From positions 1 to 57,171 of the forward strand of contig MEWJ01000020.1 of assembly GCA_001773385.1 (NCBI GenBank): a DNA stretch of 57,171 nucleotides. The letters are read 5' to 3'. This document shows positions 6,909-16,166 of the stretch, piece by piece (position 1 is the first letter of the stretch; each line of letters opens with the position of its first letter). Under the pieces are notes generated by a model, which ran no database searches, had not been told where the DNA came from, and worked only from the letters and a program-made list of their open reading frames with translations. This DNA comes from a candidate division WWE3 bacterium RIFOXYD1_FULL_43_17. GTDB taxonomy: Bacteria > Patescibacteriota > WWE3 > UBA101185 > UBA10185. A program made the position numbers and the translations under genes.

Positions 6909-9711
6909 AGTACCAAAGTATCCAATCGCCGCGCTCCTCAATAACAATCGGCTTGTAATTAAACCCGACAACATTTTCACTGAACCTTCCCTTTTTTGTC
7001 AGAAGTATTGTCTGCTGAACGTACACCGGTATAGGAACACGGTCGTATCTATCAGCTCTAAAGTCCAGTACCTCAAACGGACCGTCGGTGTAGTACATCG
7101 CAAGTGGAATATCCATGCGGTCGATATAAACTTTAGTACTTACCCCGAAAGTCTTGTCTTTTAATACCAAAAGTTCGGACTCAGCCCCGGTAAGATCCGA
7201 AGTGTAAACCATACCACGGTAGTAAAAAAGATACGCCAGAGAAACGGCCACAATTAAAAAGATAGCTGACAGTTTGAACCAGAGCTTATCAAATTTCCTG
7301 AACCGTCCCATAAAATAATTAAGGAATTTGTCGATGAAGGAACCGACAATCAACGCGAGTGGGGGATACATCGGAATTACGTACCAGACAAGTTTGGATT
7401 TGGCAGCAGAGAAGAATAAAAATATAAACAAAGCCCAGACGAGTAGAAATACGTAAACCCTTCTTTTTTTGAATACTTTATAAATTGCTCCGGGTAGGGC
7501 AGCAAGCAAAACGATAAACCACAGACGCATGCTGACTTTCAAAACTATCAGGTACCAGAAGAAAGGTCTTCCCTTATCTTCAATGGAATTTACTGCCCTG
7601 TCCCAAACGTGATAGCCGAGATATTGGTTCAAAAATGCCATCCCGAACATTTTGTATGTGTAAATATGCCACGGCAAAGCTATCAGAGCCCAGCCTAATA
7701 ACATAAATAGAAACGGTTTAAGTGCTTTTACCGACAACTGCGTTTGTTTTGCTATTAAAAGGTACAGCTCGCACAAAATTATCACCGGAAATGGAATAAG
7801 CCCCACGACACCTTTCGTCATTACCGCAAACCCTGCAAATATCCCCGGGATTAGCCAAAGAAAATTCTGTTTCTTTCCCCTGACAAAAATGTAGGAAAAG
7901 AGGGAAGCCGAGATGAAAAAAGTTGCGGTCACGTCCGTCATGGCAGAGCGTGAATAGTATAAGTATTGTGTGGTTGTTAATAGAACGAGGGCGGATAAAA
8001 AGCCGGCCGTCTTGTTAAACATTTTTTTACCGGCGAAATAAACCATCATTACGGTCAAAAACCCCATAATTGCGCTTGGAAGTCTTGCGGCCAAAGGAAT
8101 TACACCCATCACCGACATGAACCCGGACATCATCCACATATATAAAGGAGGTTTCTCGTACCACACTGCCAGAGGTTTCCATTCCTGAACCAGATATTCT
8201 CCGGAACTCACCATGTTCTTGGCAATTTTGGCGTATATTGCTTCATCGTAAGGAATAAGGTGATTCTTACCGAGTCCCTGAAACATAAGTACTAGTGCCA
8301 AAACACCCAAAACCAAAGGAACGATTTTCTCTGATCTGAAAAAGTATGAAAAGACAATATTCCGGCCGAATTTTTCGTAAATTGTTCCCGCACCCCACGC
8401 GGCAATAAAAGAAAATATGAGCCAGAAAAATTCCGAATTATACGAATAAAAAATTCCCGCAGTAAGCCATCCGATAATTGTTGAAAAGAATACCGTGCTA
8501 ATTAAAAATTCTTTCTTTTTTTCTAATTTCAAAGCTCCGTAAAGTAATGCGGCAAGTATGGAGAAGGCGAATATGGTGAATGTCGTTAATCCTAAGAGGC
8601 CTGTTTCAGCCATAAGCTCGCCCCAGATAGTATGCGCCGGAACTCTTGTGTTTAAAGCGGCGGGGTCGCGGCTAAAATACGTAGGAGCTATTTTCGTGCT
8701 GCTAAAATGCTCAAAAAACGACCCATACCCTCCCCCGAGCAAAGGGTACTTCTCAAATATCTGCGTTGCTCCGGTCAAAAGCATAAAGTGCGAGTCAAAG
8801 GAATCCATTCTGTAATGGAAATATTGCTTGATACGGGCTCTGAAAGGGCTTGATTTGATGCTGTATTCCCTTAAAAAAGGCACCGAGAGCACCGCAAGTG
8901 CTATAAAAAGGTATAAAACGCCCTTTGACCCAATCTTCCTGAAAAGAAGCGTAGAAATGAAGACCAGGAAGGTAATCCCTGCCATAATCCACGCCGTGCG
9001 GCTGTTGGTAAGTAAAAGCGCCGCGAGCATTGAGATAAACATCAGAACATCAACTGCCCTACACTTTAGACTTTTGCCGGTAATTATTAAAACTCCTAAT
9101 AAAGGCAGCAAAGCCGACAATAAAGCTCCGTAATGATTCACATCCCAAAAAGTTGCGCCGACACGTGGCAAGTTTCCCGGAATGTTCCACAACGCCCCGA
9201 TTATTACACCTTTAGTTTGATACAGCCAAAACTGGAACCAGCCGAAACAAGTCAGTACGAACGCTGTGTAAATATAAAAACGCAAGTATTTAATTATCTG
9301 GTGGGGACGATTCTTGTAAGTAAAGTAAACCAGCAGGAAAGCCGCGACCGACGTCGTAAAAAATCCCAGCAAAAAAATGGAGGATTGGATATTTTTCGAG
9401 TTTATAATTGAAATCAGGCGTACTACCCAAAGAAGGACGATTGAAATTACAACCGGATCTTTCACTTTTTGGAACAATGCGGAAAAGTTTCTTTCTTTTA
9501 TTAGCCACATTACAGAACGTGTTAAAACTGCGGCAAGAAGGGCGAGCATGAACGCGCGGATTGGCATCAAGTCCCATCTATAAAAGCTAAAAAGTTCTTT
9601 GTGAAGAAGAACGGACAGTAGGATAAGCACGTACACTGCAAAATCCAGGTTACGGAGTATAAGTACGTATGAAAGAATACAAATTGTTGCTATTACTGCG
9701 ATTTCTGCCAT
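6850..9711 (-). CDS. Fusion membrane protein: N-terminal O-antigen-ligase/Wzy_C-like domain plus C-terminal ArnT/PMT_2 (GT39-like GT-C) domain
   Basis: 953 aa. Residues ~1-460 carry RVGATFWDVNHYGALL, LLTNSRTAWIMAG, YPLLGGGYGSF and PAHTIWGELMAETGLLG, the Wzy_C/WaaL-type motifs. Residues ~480-953 carry PYDEAIYAKIAKNM, WYEKPPLYMW and ARLPSAIMGFLTVMMVYF, the ArnT/PMT_2 motifs. Confidence 0.7.
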   Translation of the reverse strand: MAEIAVIATICILSYVLILRNLDFAVYVLILLSVLLHKELFSFYRWDLMPIRAFMLALLAAVLTRSVMWLIKERNFSALFQKVKDPVVISIVLLWVVRLISIINSKNIQSSIFLLGFFTTSVAAFLLVYFTYKNRPHQIIKYLRFYIYTAFVLTCFGWFQFWLYQTKGVIIGALWNIPGNLPRVGATFWDVNHYGALLSALLPLLGVLIITGKSLKCRAVDVLMFISMLAALLLTNSRTAWIMAGITFLVFISTLLFRKIGSKGVLYLFIALAVLSVPFLREYSIKSSPFRARIKQYFHYRMDSFDSHFMLLTGATQIFEKYPLLGGGYGSFFEHFSSTKIAPTYFSRDPAALNTRVPAHTIWGELMAETGLLGLTTFTIFAFSILAALLYGALKLEKKKEFLISTVFFSTIIGWLTAGIFYSYNSEFFWLIFSFIAAWGAGTIYEKFGRNIVFSYFFRSEKIVPLVLGVLALVLMFQGLGKNHLIPYDEAIYAKIAKNMVSSGEYLVQEWKPLAVWYEKPPLYMWMMSGFMSVMGVIPLAARLPSAIMGFLTVMMVYFAGKKMFNKTAGFLSALVLLTTTQYLYYSRSAMTDVTATFFISASLFSYIFVRGKKQNFLWLIPGIFAGFAVMTKGVVGLIPFPVIILCELYLLIAKQTQLSVKALKPFLFMLLGWALIALPWHIYTYKMFGMAFLNQYLGYHVWDRAVNSIEDKGRPFFWYLIVLKVSMRLWFIVLLAALPGAIYKVFKKRRVYVFLLVWALFIFLFFSAAKSKLVWYVIPMYPPLALIVGSFIDKFLNYFMGRFRKFDKLWFKLSAIFLIVAVSLAYLFYYRGMVYTSDLTGAESELLVLKDKTFGVSTKVYIDRMDIPLAMYYTDGPFEVLDFRADRYDRVPIPVYVQQTILLTKKGRFSENVVGFNYKPIVIEERGDWILWYFISQKEYDAQVAVPAAVNP

Positions 9712-10844
9712 TTGTTTAGGACTTCCTGATAAACCTCAAGCGTTTTAGCCGCGGCTTTTTCCCAAGTATATTCTTTCCTCATTTGCACTTCAATTTGAGG
9801 CCTCGGAGCCTTTAGCTGAGCTTTTACCGCTCCGGCTATAGAGTCAACACTGCCCGGGTCGCAATACGAAGCATACTCTTTAAGGTATTCTTTGGCCCTT
9901 TCACCTGCGGCCACTGCGTTCGCCCCGCAAAAAAGTGCTTCCAGACTGGTCAAACCTGTCGTTTCGAACCAGCTCGCGCTCACACCTACCTTGGCGTTTC
10001 TGTAATAATCCGGCATCTCCTGATAAGGTACTTTCTCTACATGATGGATCCACGGACATGCAGCTTTTTTGTCGTTAAACATTTTTCCATACTCGAAATG
10101 TTTTAATCCGGTCGAAACGCCTATAAGAACTAACTGTAAATCTTCACCAGTCTCGTTACGCAGTTTCTCGACGGCAGAAATTACATTCAATTGATTTTTT
10201 CTGGGTTCAATACGGCCCACGCAAATAATGTAATCACTCAGGTTGAGAGGATTTCTTTTTTGAGCCCCGGCGTCCTGTTCAATAAAATTTCTGCTTACAC
10301 CATTCGGGACTTTTACCGCATCAATTTTCACTCCGAATGTTTCTTCCAGATCTTTTGTCTCCAGGTCCGTCTGCACCAAAACCTTTTCTGACATTTCCAA
10401 AACTTCTTTCTGCATTTTTTGAAATCCGTGAGTAATACTCACAAGTGTAGGTTTAATTTTTTTAGGGTCGGTTAATGATCTGTAAACATTTTTAAAAGTG
10501 TCGCGGTGAAACTGATTGCTGAAAAGAATCTTGGAGAGTCTGCGGAAGTCGAACACGTATTCGTCGTCGAATCTTTTCACTTCCTTTATGCTGTGGTGAA
10601 TAGGCGACAAGATTATGGGTTTTTCAGCCTCATGAGCTTTTTGGGCATATAAATATGTTTCCGGTGTCCAGTCCAGTTGAAATAAGTGGATAATGTCGTA
10701 GTTCCGGGGAATAAAGTCCTCGTCGGTTTTGATTTCAACGTCTGCACCGAGAGCTCTCAACTCACGCGCCGTGTTTTCAATCTGAACTTTGTCTCCCCCA
10801 CCATGTTCCATTAAGTGATACCTTCCAAGCATTAATATTTTCAT
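9693..10844 (-). CDS. GT4-family glycosyltransferase
   Basis: 383 aa. WFETTGLTSLEALFCGANAVA is a GT-B group-1 motif. Overlaps both neighbours at stop/start. Confidence 0.75.
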   Translation of the reverse strand: MKILMLGRYHLMEHGGGDKVQIENTARELRALGADVEIKTDEDFIPRNYDIIHLFQLDWTPETYLYAQKAHEAEKPIILSPIHHSIKEVKRFDDEYVFDFRRLSKILFSNQFHRDTFKNVYRSLTDPKKIKPTLVSITHGFQKMQKEVLEMSEKVLVQTDLETKDLEETFGVKIDAVKVPNGVSRNFIEQDAGAQKRNPLNLSDYIICVGRIEPRKNQLNVISAVEKLRNETGEDLQLVLIGVSTGLKHFEYGKMFNDKKAACPWIHHVEKVPYQEMPDYYRNAKVGVSASWFETTGLTSLEALFCGANAVAAGERAKEYLKEYASYCDPGSVDSIAGAVKAQLKAPRPQIEVQMRKEYTWEKAAAKTLEVYQEVLNKWQKSQ

Positions 10845-11989
10845 TTTTTCTTCATCAGCCCTTCATAAAGTGAAACATAGCTGTCTGTAAACGACTCAAT
10901 GCTAAACATTTCGGAAACTCTTTTATTCCCCTGCAGGTGAGGACCCTGTTCGTTGTTAACATATTTTTCGTACGCTTCAATCATTTTTTCCGAAAGATCG
11001 GAAGAATCCCCGGCGCGAAAATATGTGACCGTATCGGCGGCCACTTCTTTTAACACTTCAAGATCAGAACAAATAACAGGAAGACCTGAATACATAGCTT
11101 CAATTAATACCAGCCCGAAACCTTCGGCCAGTGTCGGAAATACAAAAAAATCAAAAGCTGAGTAAAATTTCACTTTATCTTCATCTGCAAATTCCCCGGT
11201 GAATATAACTTTGTCTGAAACACCCTTTGTTACTGCCAATTGCCTGATTTCACTTTCAAGCTCCCCTCCTCCGGCAATAAACAAGACAAAATCTTTGGAA
11301 TGATACATGTCGGTTCCGAGAAATTTCTTGTAAGCCTCGAGCAGAACATCATGGCCTTTTTCCCGTGATATTCTTCCGACATTTCCGAATACAAATGCGT
11401 TCATATTTATCCCGTACTTCTTTCGTATCTCCTCTTCGTAACCGCTTTTTGTTATTGGCGAGATGGTTAGCTTGGCCGTATCCAGGCCGTTAGGTATCAC
11501 TACTATCTTGTCCTTATTAATACCTTCTTTGACTTTCACGTTCTTTTTCGACGGGGTAAGGGCGATCTCTGCGTCCGAGAAACGGTTAACGATAAAACTA
11601 TAAAAAAGGGCGTCGACCTTACGTTTGGTGGGGTTTATCTTCCACTCTGAAATCGGCGTGTGCACGTGTGTAATTTTTACCGGAGTATGAGCGGCTCTTG
11701 CAGCGGTAAGCGCGTTGGCCACGGCTTTTAGTTCGTGCGCGTGAACAACATCTATCTCTTTTTCTTTTAAAAATGCGGTGAGTTCCTCGATATAAGCGCG
11801 GTCAAAATCTGAAGAAATACTTTTTCTAAAAACCCGGGCTCCTGCTTCTTCATAAATATCAGCGGGTATTCCGACAGGGCACCAGACAAAAACTTCATTT
11901 CCTACACTTAACATTCCTTTAATAAGGTCTAAAACGTGCTGCTCCATGCCTCCCTGTTTTGATGAGTTGTGTATGTATAGAATTTTCAT
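10841..11989 (-). CDS. GT4-family glycosyltransferase
   Basis: 382 aa. PTLAEGFGLVLIEAMYSGLPVICSDL is the canonical E-x7-E motif. ATGA overlaps at both ends. Confidence 0.8.
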   Translation of the reverse strand: MKILYIHNSSKQGGMEQHVLDLIKGMLSVGNEVFVWCPVGIPADIYEEAGARVFRKSISSDFDRAYIEELTAFLKEKEIDVVHAHELKAVANALTAARAAHTPVKITHVHTPISEWKINPTKRKVDALFYSFIVNRFSDAEIALTPSKKNVKVKEGINKDKIVVIPNGLDTAKLTISPITKSGYEEEIRKKYGINMNAFVFGNVGRISREKGHDVLLEAYKKFLGTDMYHSKDFVLFIAGGGELESEIRQLAVTKGVSDKVIFTGEFADEDKVKFYSAFDFFVFPTLAEGFGLVLIEAMYSGLPVICSDLEVLKEVAADTVTYFRAGDSSDLSEKMIEAYEKYVNNEQGPHLQGNKRVSEMFSIESFTDSYVSLYEGLMKKK

Positions 11990-13203
11990 TTTTTGAGTAA
12001 GTCGCCTATGATCCTCAGCATTCTTTCGACCTTTCCATCCCAGTCGTTACTTTTTGCAACTTTTTGTCTGGCCATTCTTCTTTCAAGGCTGTCGTCTTCC
12101 AGAGCTTTTCTCACAAACTGAGAAAATTCGTTGTAGCTTTTTGCAATGTAACAAACATCCGCGAACGGGGCGTACGCCGGAAGATCGGTAACAATCGTCG
12201 GAAGTCCTGCGGCTAGCCCCTCATGAAATTTTACGGGGAAACACCCGCCAACCGTGTAATCATTAAGTCTGTAAGGGATTATGGTCGCGTCAAAAGCGGC
12301 AACGTAATTATGTATTTCGGAAAACGGCTTGGTGCCTAGATAGTGGAGGTTCGGCAGTCCGCCTAATCCCAACTCCTCCAAAGAACCTTCTCTGTCCTTC
12401 AAAGCAATCGGTCCGATAATTACAAAAGAATATTTCGGGTAGTCCGTCACAATCTTTTTCATAAGCTCCCTGTCGAACTTATAATTATCGACCGCCCCGT
12501 AAAATCCTACGATCGGGTGCGGAATGGATTTTATGTCTTCGGGATAGTTTCTTATGCGTGCTTTAATATCAAAAAACTTAGGGTAGTCACCGACGTTGGG
12601 CGTGAAATAAACATTAGAATTAAATTTCTTAAGTTTTTCGACTAGTCCCGGCGCTGTTGAAAACACAACATTGGCTCTCATCGCAAGACCCTGTTCTTTT
12701 TTATTTATCGCATCTTTTTTCTCCGGAGTGCTGTATTTGGGGAAACCCGCGTAATTGTCCACGCAATCGTAAACTAAAAAGTCATGTTCAATGTATTTTA
12801 GATATTGGTCAAGTCCTGCGATCTCAACGTGATAGATCCAAAGAATTGTGTTGCGGTCGGGGTTAAAAAATTTCTTCGTAGCATTTTGAATAGCTTTTGC
12901 ATGAAGCTCGGCATGTTTTTCATGAGCGGGAGAAAAATCCAAAGGAGAAAATACGAGTACGTTTCCCATCTTCTGTGTTTTCGTAAGAAGTTTCAGCGGG
13001 CTCCATTTTCCCTGTAAAATCTGGCGCATAAACAAGCGTCCGGTGTTAATAGGAGGGTCGACAAACAATACATTGTGTCCCAGCTTCTCGAGCCTTGTCA
13101 TGACATGCTTTTTATTCGTCCAAAGTGGATAGTCCCAAAGTTGGTTCGAAAGACAGATTATGTTGTATTTTTCACCTTGCAGATGCATATCCGGATTCCG
13201 CAC
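11986..13203 (-). CDS. GT-B glycosyltransferase, TuaH-like/GT4-like
   Basis: 405 aa. N-terminus IICLSNQLWDYPLWTNKKHVMTRL resembles TuaH-type enzymes. C-terminal FHEGLAAGLPTIVTDL. The track start is GTG 13203; ATG 13188 (MHLQGEKYN) is more likely. Confidence 0.6.
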   Translation of the reverse strand: MRNPDMHLQGEKYNIICLSNQLWDYPLWTNKKHVMTRLEKLGHNVLFVDPPINTGRLFMRQILQGKWSPLKLLTKTQKMGNVLVFSPLDFSPAHEKHAELHAKAIQNATKKFFNPDRNTILWIYHVEIAGLDQYLKYIEHDFLVYDCVDNYAGFPKYSTPEKKDAINKKEQGLAMRANVVFSTAPGLVEKLKKFNSNVYFTPNVGDYPKFFDIKARIRNYPEDIKSIPHPIVGFYGAVDNYKFDRELMKKIVTDYPKYSFVIIGPIALKDREGSLEELGLGGLPNLHYLGTKPFSEIHNYVAAFDATIIPYRLNDYTVGGCFPVKFHEGLAAGLPTIVTDLPAYAPFADVCYIAKSYNEFSQFVRKALEDDSLERRMARQKVAKSNDWDGKVERMLRIIGDLLKK

Positions 13204-13272
13204 AATATCCTATCATTATTAGATAATTCAGTCTAACGGGCGTTGAAGTCATTTTATCCTCTTTTGTTCCGA

Positions 13273-14646
13273 CTATAAACACTTTGGACACGCCGAAACC
13301 AGTAAACCAAGTTTTACCAGCACCCGCCTGACATCAAATAAAAACTGGGAGTCCTTAATTGACCATAACCACGAGGTATTTTCGTAACCGAGGTCGTAAG
13401 CGGCGTGCCAGATTCCGTCAAAAAAGAAAAGTCCGTAAATCTCTATGAAAACCGACAGTCCGAAAAGAATGAAAAATATTTTCTTGGTCTTTTCAAAGGC
13501 CGCAGAATTAATGTAGGGGATTAATAAAAATATAAAATATGGGAGAACATCGCTCGACATTCTGTACCCGAACGACCAGCCTCCATACCAATGCTTCCAT
13601 AAACTTATAACAAGTGTGTGCAGGAGGATGATAACTGCAAATATCTTATATAACCCGGCCTTTTCAATTTTACCTTTTACTGCCAGATACAAACCGTAGA
13701 AAGAAAAGATTAGGACCGGAGAGAAAATTAGTATTCCTTTACTCGGCGAAAGCCAAACTCCCAAAAAGCTTATTGGAAACGGCGAAAGCCACGAACGGAA
13801 CAGCTGGTCCGAGTATCCCTGGTTTTGAATATCGTAATAGTAAACGGAGTTGTACCAGAGGAAGAACGAAGCAGCTATAACCAAACCCGAAGTAAAGGTA
13901 ACAGCCGACTTAAACAAATTGTCGGTTTTATGAAGATTAGTAAAAACTAAATAAAGTTCAATTAATAAAATGGGAAGGCCGGCGGTTGGTCTGGATAAAA
14001 ACGCGAACCCGAAAAAGAGACCTGACAGTAACATATTTAAATAAGCACTTTGGTTCTTCTGGTGCTTGAGGAAAAAGTAGATTCCCAAAATAGAAAGCAG
14101 CTGTAAGGTACCGTGCTGCCACATCGCCTGAGAAAGCATCGCAAAGTTAACGGTGGCGAATAAATAAACCGCCGTGAGAATTGTGGACTTTTTTTCTTCC
14201 AGTCCGAATCCTTCGCGCAGAGTTTTGAATAGAAACAATCCGGCCAAGGCCATGACCAGAGCACCTGATAAATGATTTAACAACGCAAGGTTATCCCAAG
14301 TTATAGGCATGTTGAAAATCAGGGGCAACACAAAAACCGGAACCGACAGGATAGAAGTAATAATTGGAAACGCCGTAATATAATGCCCGCCAACTTTTCT
14401 TAAATAAAAGGGCGTCAAATCTTTTTGAAAATCCTTATCGTCCGGGTGAGGATAACGGTCACGCATCATCACATAATATTTATCCAGGTAAAGCGTGCGG
14501 TCTTTAATAATTGAAACAGTTGTGAAAATAGAAGGCACCGTATCTTCGCTTTGAATGATCAGAGAATTAATGTTACGGAAGCCGGGGATTATAAATGGAA
14601 CAAAAAATACCGCGAGAGAAATTAAAAATACTTTAAGCTGAGACAT
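13273..14646 (-). CDS. Polytopic membrane protein, possible GT-C-type glycosyltransferase
   Basis: 457 aa with at least 10 hydrophobic helices. Acidic early loops (QSEDTVPS, PHPDDKDF) as in GT-C enzymes. No motif-level family assignment; the function is inference. Confidence 0.45.
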   Translation of the reverse strand: MSQLKVFLISLAVFFVPFIIPGFRNINSLIIQSEDTVPSIFTTVSIIKDRTLYLDKYYVMMRDRYPHPDDKDFQKDLTPFYLRKVGGHYITAFPIITSILSVPVFVLPLIFNMPITWDNLALLNHLSGALVMALAGLFLFKTLREGFGLEEKKSTILTAVYLFATVNFAMLSQAMWQHGTLQLLSILGIYFFLKHQKNQSAYLNMLLSGLFFGFAFLSRPTAGLPILLIELYLVFTNLHKTDNLFKSAVTFTSGLVIAASFFLWYNSVYYYDIQNQGYSDQLFRSWLSPFPISFLGVWLSPSKGILIFSPVLIFSFYGLYLAVKGKIEKAGLYKIFAVIILLHTLVISLWKHWYGGWSFGYRMSSDVLPYFIFLLIPYINSAAFEKTKKIFFILFGLSVFIEIYGLFFFDGIWHAAYDLGYENTSWLWSIKDSQFLFDVRRVLVKLGLLVSACPKCL

Positions 14647-14655
14647 CGTAGTCTT

Positions 14656-14666
14656 ATTATATAGCA
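14656..14666 (-). promoter_or_regulatory. Extended -10 element 9 nt upstream of ATG 14646
   Basis: The minus strand reads TGCTATATAAT. Lies just downstream of hairpin 14685..14716. No SD. Confidence 0.3.
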
Positions 14667-14684
14667 GGAAAATAGTAAAGATAT

Positions 14685-14716
14685 GGGGCTAAAAGAATGG
14701 ATAAACTTTTAGCCCC
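14685..14716 (-). terminator. Putative terminator after the small Zn-finger-like gene
   Basis: 11-bp stem GGGGCTAAAAG/CTTTTAGCCCC with a 10-nt loop. On the minus strand it is followed by AUAUCUUUAC, only moderately U-rich. Confidence 0.4.
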
Positions 14717-14766
14717 TGGTGCCGAGGAAAGGAAATATAGGGAGGAACCCCGGCGAAGAAAGCAAA

Positions 14767-14940
14767 CTAAAATCCGGGAAGTTTTGGTTGTACTTTCCGC
14801 TGGTTCTGCTGCTTCTTAAAATTCGCTTTGGTAATGCAGTGACCATCCAAGTGCCGGCGGAGTTCCTGAAGTGAAAGAGTTCCCGGAAGTCTTTCACGAC
14901 AATTAGGACAAAATTCTACTACTACTCCGTATTCGTCCAT
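14767..14940 (-). CDS. Small (57 aa) CxxC...HxxxH zinc-finger-like protein with basic tail
   Basis: Sub-ORF of 14767..14982, starting at ATG 14940, which is preceded by GGAGAG 6 nt upstream. Sequence FCPNCRERLPGTLSLQELRRHLDGHC followed by KANFKKQQNQRKVQPK. Has its own promoter-like and terminator-like elements. Confidence 0.4.
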   Translation of the reverse strand: MDEYGVVVEFCPNCRERLPGTLSLQELRRHLDGHCITKANFKKQQNQRKVQPKLPGF

Positions 14941-14972
14941 TTCTTTCTCTCCAGTCTGATTAGGATATTTGA

Positions 14973-15001
14973 ATAGTATCACAACGCCTTGCGCTGTTCA
15001 A
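14973..15001 (-). promoter_or_regulatory. Sigma70-like promoter for the small Zn-finger-like gene
   Basis: The minus strand reads TTGAAC (15001-14996), 17-nt spacer, TACTAT (14978-14973). Gives a ~26-nt leader with GGAGAG. Confidence 0.4.
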
Positions 15002-15002
15002 A

Positions 15003-16166
15003 CTATGGGTTTGTGCCCAGAATAAGGGATAATTCGGTGTCCGCAATCTTATCCCAACTGTACTTTTTGACAAATTCTTTGGCTTTTTGGGCCATTTTTG
15101 CCCTTTCAGCGTCGTTTTCCAGTAGGCGGGTAACTTTGTCCAATAAGTCCTTTTTATCGCCTGTTTTGGCGTATATCACGTTGTCTTCCCAAACTGCCAT
15201 TAATTCCTTCAAATCGTAACAAACAACCGGAATACCCACAGCCATAGCCTCGCCGATAACAATCGCCCAATTCTCCTCATATGAAGGTAATATGAAGATT
15301 TTGGACTGCGCTAGGAGCTTGAATTTTCTGGCCGGGTCGTAAATAACGCCCGCGAGCTCGATATTACGCTCTAAACCCATCTCTGAAGTCATTTTGCGTG
15401 CCTCTCCCCCGTCTATTCCTTCCCCGATAATTAGTAAGTTAGCTTCAGGCTTACTTTTAACAAGCTCCGCCCACATTTCTACCAGGTCAAAAATTCCTTT
15501 AGTCCGTTGTAACCGTTTCATAAACACAGCGTCATATTTCTTTTCACCGCTGCCCGATACAGAAGAATTTATTTCTTCAAGATTGACGCCGCACAAAACA
15601 AAATGCGCCGGGCGTCTGTTAAATATAGACCGTCTAAGATCCTGCAAAGTATCCTCGGAAACAGGAAGTAAGACATCGGCGTTTATATTTGCGAAAAATA
15701 AACCGAGTCTCTCGCTGATTAAAAACATAAGAGAGTAAAGAAAGTTAGAGTTTCTTCTTTGCCAAAAAAGTATGGGAGGCAACCAGTGAGTAGCCACTCC
15801 AAATCTTATTTTCGACGGGTGGAATAGTTTTAGAAAAAATCCGGGCAAAACATCGTAAACCTGTTCGCTGCCCGAGTACACAATTCCTTCTTTAAAAGAA
15901 GATAGAAGTCCGGATAAGTGGAAAAGCATTTTGAAAAACCTTAACGTTATTTCCAACCTACCGACACCGGTACCATTGGAAATGTTATGTAAAATTACCG
16001 GCAAGCCCATCCTCTCACACAATATTTTTCCGCCCTTCCCCGACATCAGGTGTATTTCATATCCTTTTTTCCTCCAACATTTCGCAAGTTCAATAAATCT
16101 GCTTTCTCCTCCGGTAACTCCGGGCTCATCTCCGACTATAGAATTTGCAACGATAAGTATTTTCAT
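15003..16166 (-). CDS. GT4-family glycosyltransferase
   Basis: 387 aa. PSYEENWAIVIGEAMAVGIPVVCYDL E-x7-E motif. Confidence 0.8.
   Translation of the reverse strand: MKILIVANSIVGDEPGVTGGESRFIELAKCWRKKGYEIHLMSGKGGKILCERMGLPVILHNISNGTGVGRLEITLRFFKMLFHLSGLLSSFKEGIVYSGSEQVYDVLPGFFLKLFHPSKIRFGVATHWLPPILFWQRRNSNFLYSLMFLISERLGLFFANINADVLLPVSEDTLQDLRRSIFNRRPAHFVLCGVNLEEINSSVSGSGEKKYDAVFMKRLQRTKGIFDLVEMWAELVKSKPEANLLIIGEGIDGGEARKMTSEMGLERNIELAGVIYDPARKFKLLAQSKIFILPSYEENWAIVIGEAMAVGIPVVCYDLKELMAVWEDNVIYAKTGDKKDLLDKVTRLLENDAERAKMAQKAKEFVKKYSWDKIADTELSLILGTNP

Noticed and set aside
14709-14897. 62-aa minus-strand ORF overlapping the Zn-finger-like ORF in another frame, plus the 14-aa N-terminal extension of 14767..14982
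   Set aside because: There is no SD for either. ATG 14940 has GGAGAG at correct spacing and lies downstream of the predicted promoter.
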